Shown here: positions 23,195-30,995 of the stretch, one piece after another
Layout: each line of letters starts with the position of its first letter
Position numbering within the stretch: position 1 is the first letter of the stretch
Assembly (NCBI GenBank): GCA_040006215.1
Contig: JBDTXM010000001.1
Location: 1 to 39,429, forward strand
Reading direction: 5' to 3'
Length of the DNA: 39,429 nucleotides
Source: Acidobacteriota bacterium
GTDB lineage: Bacteria > Acidobacteriota > Blastocatellia > Pyrinomonadales > Pyrinomonadaceae
Program-made: the position numbers and the translations under genes
Notes under the pieces: generated by a model
What the model was told of the DNA's origin: nothing
Seen by the model: only the letters and a program-made list of their open reading frames with translations
Database searches by the model: none

Positions 23195-24816
23195 ACGCTG
23201 TCGCCGCGACGGCCGTAATTTTCGCCTCGCTCTTCTCCGCATCCCTAGTTCTCTCGCAGTCCTCCCCGGTCTCGAACGTCTGGGTCGCCGACAACGGCGA
23301 CGGCACCTATAAAAATCCGATAATCCACGCCGACTACTCCGATCCCGATGTCATTCGCGTGCGTGATGATTTCTATATGACAGCGTCCAGTTTTAATGCT
23401 GTCCCCGGCCTTCCGATCCTTCATTCGAAAGACCTGATCAATTGGCGAATCATCAACCATGCCATTCGCGAACTCGAACCGCGCGATGTCTTCTCGCGTC
23501 CGCAGCATGGCAACGGCGTATGGGCCCCCTCTATCCGCTACCACGCCGGTGAATTTTATATCTATTACGGCGACCCGGACTTCGGCCTCTATATGGTCAA
23601 GGCCAAAGACCCGGCGGGCGAATGGTCAAAGCCTGTGTTGATAAAGGAAGTCAAAGGCTGGATCGATCCGTGCCCGCTCTGGGATGATGACGGGAATGCG
23701 TATCTTGTTCACGCATTTGCTGGAAGCCGTGCAGGGATCAAGAGTATTTTGGTCGTCAACCGGATGAGCGCCGACGGCGCGCGACTTTTGGATGACGGAG
23801 CGATCGTTTTTGACGGCCACACAGCCGACCCGACGGTCGAAGGACCAAAGTTCTACAAGCTGAATGGCTGGTATTACATCCTTGCGCCGGCGGGTGGCGT
23901 CGCGACCGGATGGCAGCTCGCACTTCGCTCGAAGAATATTTACGGTCCATACGAGAAAAAAATAGTTCTCGCCCAAGGCAGAACGGCGGTCAATGGACCG
24001 CATCAGGGCGGCCTGGTCGACACGCCGCGGGGCGAATGGTGGTTCGTACATTTTCAGGACAAGGGAGCTTATGGCCGAGTCGTTCATCTTCAGCCCGTCG
24101 CATGGAATAACGGATTTCCCGTGATCGGGAGCGATCCCGATGGCAGCGGAACCGGCGAACCGATTTTGCGAAACAGGAAACCTGACCTAGGGAAAGCCGG
24201 TCCGATCGAAACGCCGCAAGACGATGACGAGTTCAATGGAAACGAGATCGGCAAACAGTGGCAGTGGCACGCGGATCCGGTGGCCGGTTGGGCATTCCCC
24301 TATCCAGAAAAAGGTGTTTTGAAAATGTTTTCTGTGCAGCGGCCGGAGAATTACAAAAATCTCTGGGATCTGCCTGATCTGCTGCTGCAGAAATTCCCCG
24401 CCGAAGAGTTTACCGCGACCGCAAAAGTGCATCTCGACGCCCGATTTGAAGGCGAGCGTTTCGGTCTCGTTGTGATGGGCATGGATTATTCCTATATCGG
24501 AATAACCAACCGGCAAGGTAAGTTGTTTGTTTCCCAAGCAACGGCGAAGGACGCGGATAAGGGTTCCCAGGAAACAGAAAGTCTACCGCAACTACTACAG
24601 ACAAGTGATGTCTACTTGCGATTGACGGTAAAAGCGGGGGCTATTTGTTCATGGACTTACAGTTCTGACCGCAATAATTTTACGTCTGTGGGCGAACCAT
24701 TCACCGCTCGCGAAGGCCGTTGGATCGGGGCAAAGATCGGATTCTTTTTTAGTCGGCCCAGCAAATTCAACGACGCGGGATCCGCCGATATCGACTGGAT
24801 CCGATTTGAAAAATAG
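23191..24816 (+). CDS. Glycoside hydrolase family 43 (beta-xylosidase/alpha-L-arabinofuranosidase type) with a C-terminal beta-sandwich domain
   Basis: Signal peptide. The GH43 N-terminus is NPIIHADYSDPDVIRVRDDFYMTASSF...LHSKDLINW, followed by EGPKFYKLNGWYY. Its start overlaps the GntR stop (ATGA). Confidence 0.85.
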   Translation: MNAVAATAVIFASLFSASLVLSQSSPVSNVWVADNGDGTYKNPIIHADYSDPDVIRVRDDFYMTASSFNAVPGLPILHSKDLINWRIINHAIRELEPRDVFSRPQHGNGVWAPSIRYHAGEFYIYYGDPDFGLYMVKAKDPAGEWSKPVLIKEVKGWIDPCPLWDDDGNAYLVHAFAGSRAGIKSILVVNRMSADGARLLDDGAIVFDGHTADPTVEGPKFYKLNGWYYILAPAGGVATGWQLALRSKNIYGPYEKKIVLAQGRTAVNGPHQGGLVDTPRGEWWFVHFQDKGAYGRVVHLQPVAWNNGFPVIGSDPDGSGTGEPILRNRKPDLGKAGPIETPQDDDEFNGNEIGKQWQWHADPVAGWAFPYPEKGVLKMFSVQRPENYKNLWDLPDLLLQKFPAEEFTATAKVHLDARFEGERFGLVVMGMDYSYIGITNRQGKLFVSQATAKDADKGSQETESLPQLLQTSDVYLRLTVKAGAICSWTYSSDRNNFTSVGEPFTAREGRWIGAKIGFFFSRPSKFNDAGSADIDWIRFEK

Positions 24817-24817
24817 C

Positions 24818-26314
24818 TTATTCGTAATTGATATTTGCGGGCTCAAGCCTGGGAGCAAGCAGGTGGATTATCAGCAGGGCGATAAGGTACGCCGAGGCAG
24901 CAATGATAAAGATGGGCAGATAGCTGCCCGTCTTATCCAGGATCAAACCGACAAGCGGCGAGATCAGCATGCCGCCGACCGCGCCCATCATACCGCCGAT
25001 CCCTACAACCGAGCCGACCGCTTGTTTCGGAAACATATCCGACGAAAGCGTGAAGATATTTGCGGACCAACCCTGATGCGCCGCGGCGGCTATTCCGATC
25101 AGGATCACGGCTACCCAGAGCTGCGAAGTTATAGAAGCAAAAACGATTGGGACAACCGCCAGAGCGCAGATCAGCATTGCCGTCTTACGGCTGCGGTTGA
25201 TCGTCCATCCACGTTTAATAAGTGTAGACGAGATATATCCGCCACCAACGCTACCGAGGTCTGCGATCACGTAGATTACCGCAAGGGGAATTCCGAAATT
25301 GCTGAGGTCGAGACCGTACTGTTTTTTCAGAAAATCCGGCAGCCAGAAAAGGTAGACCCACCAGATCGGGTCGGTCAAAAATTTACCGATGCCGAACGCC
25401 CAAGTCTGCCGGTGCGGAAAAAGCCGCCGCCATGGAACGCGGGCTGAGGGCTCGATCGGGTCGCTCTGAATATATGCCAGCTCGCTTTTTGAAAGGCGCT
25501 TGTGTTCTTCGGGTCGCTTATAAATGACGAGCCAAAACCCAAGCCAGATAAACCCGATGATCCCGGTAAAGACAAATGCCTCATACCATCCCCATGCAAG
25601 TACGATTGCAGGAACGGCCAGGGGTGTAACCAAAGCGCCTACATTCGTTCCTGCGTTGAATACCCCGGTCGCGAGGGCACGTTCCTTTTTAGGGAACCAC
25701 TCGGCAACCGTTTTGATCGAAGCCGGGAAATTACCCGCTTCTCCAAGGCCCAAGACAAATCGAACGACCATGAAGCCGATCACGGACACCGATAGTGTGA
25801 ACGTCCATGGTGCTGCACCAAACAGCGAGCTGATCGAATTGAATGCCGAGACAATTGCCGCCACGATCGGCGCAACTATGGGCGAAGAGAATGTTCCTAT
25901 TCCGATCGCCCACGCATGGGCGATCGCGGCAAGGCTCCAGACTACGATCGCAAAGGCAAATCCCTTCTTCGTGCCGAACTTGTCCATCAGCTTGCCGACG
26001 AAAAGCAACCCTATGGCATAGGCAGTTTGAAAAGAGAAGACGATCCAACTGTAATCGAGTTCCGTCCAGTTGAATTGGGTGGATAGTGTCGGCTTAAGAA
26101 TGCCGATCACCTGACGGTCGATGTAATTGACGGTGGCCGCAAAAAACAGGAGTGTGCAGATCGCCCACCGGAAATTCCCAACTCGCGGTTTCGCTTCCTC
26201 GACGGCGGCAATGACGGCCCCCGTAACGGAGGCTGCAGATTCCTCCGGCTGAGAAACATCGGCCTGAGATTTGCCATCTTCATAATCCTCGCCTATCTCG
26301 TTTACATCATTCAT
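24818..26314 (-). CDS. exuT: MFS transporter, hexuronate (ExuT/ACS) type, with an acidic N-terminal extension
   Basis: A 12-TM MFS protein. NYIDRQVIGILKP and the overall pattern resemble ExuT-type hexuronate permeases. There is only one possible start (ATG at 26314). Confidence 0.8.
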   Translation of the reverse strand: MNDVNEIGEDYEDGKSQADVSQPEESAASVTGAVIAAVEEAKPRVGNFRWAICTLLFFAATVNYIDRQVIGILKPTLSTQFNWTELDYSWIVFSFQTAYAIGLLFVGKLMDKFGTKKGFAFAIVVWSLAAIAHAWAIGIGTFSSPIVAPIVAAIVSAFNSISSLFGAAPWTFTLSVSVIGFMVVRFVLGLGEAGNFPASIKTVAEWFPKKERALATGVFNAGTNVGALVTPLAVPAIVLAWGWYEAFVFTGIIGFIWLGFWLVIYKRPEEHKRLSKSELAYIQSDPIEPSARVPWRRLFPHRQTWAFGIGKFLTDPIWWVYLFWLPDFLKKQYGLDLSNFGIPLAVIYVIADLGSVGGGYISSTLIKRGWTINRSRKTAMLICALAVVPIVFASITSQLWVAVILIGIAAAAHQGWSANIFTLSSDMFPKQAVGSVVGIGGMMGAVGGMLISPLVGLILDKTGSYLPIFIIAASAYLIALLIIHLLAPRLEPANINYE

Positions 26315-26326
26315 TCGCTCTGGCTC

Positions 26327-27439
26327 CTAGATAGTTAAAATACCGGGCGAGAGGTACTCGCGTCCATTGACAACATTCAGGATCTGCGGAAAATCGGGTG
26401 ACGCGGTGATGATCTCAATGCCGCGCTCGGTAACGATGCAGGTTTCTTCCACTTTAGTTCCGGTTATTGAGGGGTTCCACGCAAATGCCTGATTTGCCGT
26501 GACAATATCCTCGCTAGCCGGATGAGCGACCCAATCGCGCGTCCGATAGCCTGCGGCGCCGCCTTGATGATGACGCTCGATCTCGTCAGCGAACCCGCGC
26601 TCAGCATAGGCGCTCGCCGCCGTCCGATAAACGTCTGCGCCGGTCAGGCGAGGGCGAGTCGCCTCGAGCATTTTAGTGTAAACGTAAGCCGCAGCCTCGG
26701 TTCTTGCATTTAATTCGTCGGGCACTCGGCCCACGCAGATCACTCGGCTAAGACTCGCGATCAAGCCATGGCGTTTCGCGCAAGTTACGATGAGCAAGGT
26801 CTTCTGCCATCGGTTTGCAGTCGGGATCGGATGGCGAAATGCTCTTATTCTTTCATCGGCTGCGACCAGTGTCACGACCGAGGCAATATCTTTCTTGCCG
26901 AGCTCATGCCGCATCTTTTCGGCGATCTGCAACTCCGTTTCACCCGGCTCCAATTTGTCGATCACCGCGCGAAGGCTTTGTCCCGCATCTCTTCCAAGAT
27001 CTCGAAAACGTTCGATCTCGTTTACCGTCAATGCGTATCGACATTCCGCGATCTTGTTTTCGATGCTGTGAACGCCATTCCCCAACGGAACATCCGAAGC
27101 GATCAATGCTCCCGGCATCAAAACGGATCTAACCTTTTCCAAAAGGGCTCCGGTCTTCTCGTCTTGCCATGAATAATCAACCCGATCAAAATCACTGGCC
27201 GAAACTTCTTCGCTGAGCATCCGATCGATCTCGATCATGCTTGCCAGCACAAATCGTTTTCCTTTTCGGGTGATCAACAGGGTGGCGATCCCATTCTCAC
27301 GGCTTAGGTCGACTCCGTTGCAGCCTCCGCCGCTCAGCCAAGCAAAATTATGCTGAGAATTGAGGAGCACCGCGTCGAGTCGTTCGCGCGAAAGCATCGC
27401 GGTGATCCGCTGCGTTTTTTCGTCCAGTTCGGAATTCAA
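26327..27439 (-). CDS. M24-fold (creatinase/prolidase-like) protein with a degenerate metal-binding site
   Basis: It has a Creatinase_N-like N-terminus (RLDAVLLNSQHNFAWLSGG) and a pita-bread C-terminal domain. Four of the five canonical metal ligands appear substituted (see findings). The start is TTG. It lies 11 nt after the SDR stop and 12 nt before the exuT start. Confidence 0.7.
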   Translation of the reverse strand: MNSELDEKTQRITAMLSRERLDAVLLNSQHNFAWLSGGGCNGVDLSRENGIATLLITRKGKRFVLASMIEIDRMLSEEVSASDFDRVDYSWQDEKTGALLEKVRSVLMPGALIASDVPLGNGVHSIENKIAECRYALTVNEIERFRDLGRDAGQSLRAVIDKLEPGETELQIAEKMRHELGKKDIASVVTLVAADERIRAFRHPIPTANRWQKTLLIVTCAKRHGLIASLSRVICVGRVPDELNARTEAAAYVYTKMLEATRPRLTGADVYRTAASAYAERGFADEIERHHQGGAAGYRTRDWVAHPASEDIVTANQAFAWNPSITGTKVEETCIVTERGIEIITASPDFPQILNVVNGREYLSPGILTI

Positions 27440-27450
27440 ACGATTCGACC

Positions 27451-28227
27451 CTATTGATTCACCCCGCTCGCGAGAAATCCGCCGTCGACGACCAGGACCT
27501 CGCCGGTTACGTAGCTTGCGGCCTCTGACGAGAGAAATACGGCCGCGCCGGCAAGTTCTTCAACCTTGCCAAAGCGGCCCATCGGAGTCCGCATTTGAAA
27601 CTCCTTACCGCGATCAGTTTGATCAAGCAATTTTTCGTTAAGCGGCGTCCGAAAAACGCCGGGAGCAATCGCGTTGACATTCACGCCGTGCCGAGCCCAT
27701 TCGATGGCAAGGGACCTTGTAAGCGATGCGACTGCAGCCTTGCTGGCCGAGTACGCGGCAACCTCAAAGAGTGCAACGAAAGTGGATAGCGACGCAATGT
27801 TAACGATCCGCCCGTAGCCATTCTCGATCATATGTCGGCCAAAAATCTGACATGTGCGGAGCGTTCCGGTTAGATTTGTTTCAAATATCGCGTTCCAGTT
27901 CTCCTCCTCGACATCGATCGTAGGCTCGCGTTTTGTGCGTCCTGCCGAGTTAACCAGAATGTCCACTTTACCGAATGCCGCAACTGTTTCACTCAAAAGA
28001 TTTTCAATCGATCGACGGTCCGAAACATCCGAAGCGACTTGGACGGTTCGCTTGCCTAGAGCTTCGATCTCGGCCGCCGCAGCCTCTACCTGTTCGGTCC
28101 TGCGCGAGGTGCAAACGACATCGGCTCCGCCTTCGGCAAGGCCGTGCGCAATTGCACGGCCAATACCGGACGTTCCGCCGATGACAACGGCAATCCTACC
28201 GGTTAAGTCCATTTTGGAATAACTCAT
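27451..28227 (-). CDS. Classical short-chain dehydrogenase/reductase (SDR)
   Basis: It has VIGGTSGIGRA (TGxxxGxG type), NSAG and YSASKAAV (YxxxK). It is the first gene of the minus-strand SDR-M24-exuT operon. Confidence 0.88.
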   Translation of the reverse strand: MSYSKMDLTGRIAVVIGGTSGIGRAIAHGLAEGGADVVCTSRRTEQVEAAAAEIEALGKRTVQVASDVSDRRSIENLLSETVAAFGKVDILVNSAGRTKREPTIDVEEENWNAIFETNLTGTLRTCQIFGRHMIENGYGRIVNIASLSTFVALFEVAAYSASKAAVASLTRSLAIEWARHGVNVNAIAPGVFRTPLNEKLLDQTDRGKEFQMRTPMGRFGKVEELAGAAVFLSSEAASYVTGEVLVVDGGFLASGVNQ

Positions 28228-28423
28228 ATCAAAAAAGTTTCGAAAAATTGGTTAAGCTCTTCTTTCTTAAGAGGTAATACCATTTGTCGCGCGGCGGAGA
28301 AAGTTTGCCTCACCGCGATCATAAATGTCAAGCTACTAAAACTTAGGTTTAATCGCTCTTTCTTATAATAACGGCATAAGAAAGTCTTATCGCTTATCGA
28401 AAATATAACATTGCGCTTGATTT

Positions 28424-28442
28424 TAATTGGTTTAACCAATTA
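28424..28442. promoter_or_regulatory. Perfect 19-bp palindrome TAATTGGT-TTA-ACCAATTA; candidate GntR-type operator
   Basis: An 8+3+8 perfect inverted repeat in the 238-bp divergent intergenic region, ending 24 nt before the GTG start at 28466. A half-site AATTGGT also occurs at 28246..28252 near the SDR start. Confidence 0.6.
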
Positions 28443-28465
28443 GAATAAGGCGGGACTTTGTCTAG

Positions 28466-29392
28466 GTGAAAACTTCTTCAAAAAAAATATTAGATCGACG
28501 CCTCTCGGCTGGTAATCTGTGGCTTTCTCATTCGGAGCCGCTTGGTGTTCATCCGTCTGTTTCGAGGCAGTTCGAGTATAACGTTCTAGAGAGTGAGGAC
28601 ACGGTCGGCAAGGCGATGTTTGATGAACTTGCCACCTACGCTGCCGAGAAACAGGGCGATATCGTGATTGTCCTGTTAGGTGGACGGGGCGCCCAAGCGA
28701 TGTTTCGCTTGATCGCGGATCTTGCAGGTTCTGATGAAATAGATAGCTTGCTAAACCGGCTGCATGTTTTTACACAAGATGCTTTGGCCCCAATGCGTAT
28801 GAACAACGGCCTCAGCTTTGTTCGCGATTTCGAGCGGCTACTGGGAGGCGATTTTTTTCGCAAGATCAAAAGCTTTACTCCCATGATCACCGAGACTGAC
28901 GATATTCAGGGCGAACTGATCGAATACATTGAAACACTCGAATCGCTCGGTGGGATTGATCTTTTTTTTCTCGGTTTTGGCCCTGAGGCCGAAGCAGCTT
29001 CGCATCTCTGCTACATAAAACCTGGTTCTGGTGCGAGGTTCAACGACGTCGCCGGAATTATTCCGATCTCGCCGACCATTTTGGAGCACCATATTTCGAA
29101 ATTCAAAGTCGGCGGCAGCACTATATCAGAAGAGGATGAAGCGGAATGTCGAAGCGCTACGCACATTCTAACGCTAGGCCCTGCCACGATCCTGAGAGCG
29201 AAACGGTTAGTTCAATCGATCGTCGATGCCTCGACTGCCCCCGCGAAGCGGGAAAGTTTTAAGCGTATGACAGCGACCGAGCTTTCGAATGACCCCGATA
29301 AGCTGCAGGAGCAGACGAATGAGAATCCCGGTTTGTTGATCCGCCTTCATCCTGACGTGCGGTCTTATGTTTTGCCCGATCTCTTAGTCTGA
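28466..29392 (+). CDS. Divergent NagB/6-phosphogluconolactonase-superfamily (sugar isomerase/lactonase fold) protein
   Basis: 308 aa with a GTG start. The first ATG (28616) would delete the conserved N-terminal strand. By-eye alignment to NagB/Pgl: IVIVLLGGRGAQAMF vs (L)GL(P/S)TGGTP; VFTQDAL vs FNMDEY; LFFLGFGPEAEAASHLCYIKP vs GxGxDGH(I/T)A(F/S)xxP. Confidence 0.6.
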   Translation: MKTSSKKILDRRLSAGNLWLSHSEPLGVHPSVSRQFEYNVLESEDTVGKAMFDELATYAAEKQGDIVIVLLGGRGAQAMFRLIADLAGSDEIDSLLNRLHVFTQDALAPMRMNNGLSFVRDFERLLGGDFFRKIKSFTPMITETDDIQGELIEYIETLESLGGIDLFFLGFGPEAEAASHLCYIKPGSGARFNDVAGIIPISPTILEHHISKFKVGGSTISEEDEAECRSATHILTLGPATILRAKRLVQSIVDASTAPAKRESFKRMTATELSNDPDKLQEQTNENPGLLIRLHPDVRSYVLPDLLV

Positions 29393-29399
29393 AAGATCT

Positions 29400-30974
29400 A
29401 TGCTGGATACATTAGTTGAAAGAACCGTTCCCGTAGGAGACTACGCCATCATCGTCAATCCCGACGACAACGTGGCAGTCGTTAAAAAAGAAACGCCTGA
29501 CGGCCTGGTTCTTTTACTTCCGAATCAAGAGGTCTTAACGGTCCCCAGATCGGTACCTCCCGGTCATCGATTTGCTACACGCGAGATCCCGGCACGAGAA
29601 TTCGTCCGTCAGTATGGACAGCCGATCGGCACTTCATTGGGCATCGAGAAAGGCGAATGGATCACACATGAGAACATGACCGACGACGTTCCCGTCGTTC
29701 GCAACCTTCCCGAGGATCTTCACACAGCGGCGCCAGATTATTTTGTGCTAGACGAGGTAGAGACGTTCAAAGGATTTCGGCGCGCAGATGGACGCGTCGG
29801 CACGCGAAATTTTGTCCTGATCGTACCTACATCGATGTGTGCGAGCCACGAGGCAACGCAGATATCGATGATGGCGGAATTCATGCATTACAACCGCGAG
29901 AAATTCCCCAACGTCGACGGTGTGGTCGCTATTCCGCACAACAAAGGATGCGGGTGTCAGGATGGTTCAACGCTCGATGTGATGATGCGCACGCTGTCAA
30001 ACTATGCCGATCATCCGAATGTAGGGGGGGTAATACTGATCGACCTCGGCTGCGAAAAGACAAATCTCTCGTTCGTCGAAAAATACCTTACAAAACGGGA
30101 TAGGCCGATCCTGAAACCTGTCTTCAAGATCGGAATTCAGGATGTAGGCGGCACACAGGAAGCGATCGAGCTCGGTCTCAGAGAGATCGAAAAAATGCTC
30201 CCCGAGGTGAACAATTGCGTCAGGGAAGAATTTCCGCTCAGCGAACTCGTTCTCGGCGTCAAATGCGGTAGCTCTGATGGTTTTTCCGGCATATCAGCGA
30301 ATCCGTCCCTTGGTTACTGCTCCGATCTGCTTGTGCGAAGCGGCGGAACGGTTTTGCTTACGGAGGTGCCGGAATTCTGCGGAGCTGAGCATATCCTCGC
30401 AAACCGAGCCAAGGATTCCGTCACCGGCCGGAAGATCTACGCGATGGTGGATTGGTACAAGGAATACGCGTCTAAGTTCGGAGCGGTCCTCAATCAAAAT
30501 CCGAGCACGGGAAATAAAGCCGGAGGGCTCCTGAATATTACGATCAAATCACTTGGTGCGATCGTTAAGGCTGGTACGACCCGAATCGAGGATTGCATTG
30601 AGTATGCCGAGACGCCAAAGGTTCGCGGGATCAATCTTATGCAGGGTCCCGGGTATGACCAAGAGTCGACACCGGGCCTGGTAGCGTCTGGGGCGACGGT
30701 GGTGGTGTTCACGACGGGTAACGGCACGACCATTGGTAATGCGATCGCTCCAGTCATAAAGCTTGCTTCAAATAACAGGATCTTTGAAAAAATGTCTCGC
30801 GACCTCGATATTTCCGCTGGAAATGTGATCGACGGCACGGAAAGTATCGAAGGGGTCGGACGACGGCTTTTCGAACATCTGCGCCGCGTCGCCAGCGGCG
30901 AAATTCACACTAAAGCTGAAATTCTCAAACATCGCGAGTTCCAATTCTGGGCAGAGCAAACCGTTTCGTTGTAA
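29400..30974 (+). CDS. uxaA: Altronate dehydratase (UxaA/GarD family)
   Basis: 524 aa with an N-terminal SAF-like domain. It shows FRRADGRVGTRN, GLGCEK, GVKCGSSDGFSGISANP, TEVPEFCGAEHIL, NPSTGNKAGGL and FTTGNGT. The C-terminal tail REFQFWAEQTVSL is closer to my recollection of E. coli UxaA than of GarD. Confidence 0.85.
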   Translation: MLDTLVERTVPVGDYAIIVNPDDNVAVVKKETPDGLVLLLPNQEVLTVPRSVPPGHRFATREIPAREFVRQYGQPIGTSLGIEKGEWITHENMTDDVPVVRNLPEDLHTAAPDYFVLDEVETFKGFRRADGRVGTRNFVLIVPTSMCASHEATQISMMAEFMHYNREKFPNVDGVVAIPHNKGCGCQDGSTLDVMMRTLSNYADHPNVGGVILIDLGCEKTNLSFVEKYLTKRDRPILKPVFKIGIQDVGGTQEAIELGLREIEKMLPEVNNCVREEFPLSELVLGVKCGSSDGFSGISANPSLGYCSDLLVRSGGTVLLTEVPEFCGAEHILANRAKDSVTGRKIYAMVDWYKEYASKFGAVLNQNPSTGNKAGGLLNITIKSLGAIVKAGTTRIEDCIEYAETPKVRGINLMQGPGYDQESTPGLVASGATVVVFTTGNGTTIGNAIAPVIKLASNNRIFEKMSRDLDISAGNVIDGTESIEGVGRRLFEHLRRVASGEIHTKAEILKHREFQFWAEQTVSL

Positions 30975-30995
30975 AATTCTGATTTCGCAGAATTT

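Noticed and set aside
29400-30974. The possibility that the UxaA-family gene is galactarate dehydratase (GarD), implying an oxidative uronate pathway.
   Set aside because: The TEVPEFCGAEHIL motif and the C-terminal tail resemble UxaA more than GarD as I recall them. The downstream genes are KdgK and Eda (the isomerase-pathway end), with no KDG dehydratase/decarboxylase or ketoglutarate semialdehyde dehydrogenase. This cannot be fully excluded without a phylogeny.
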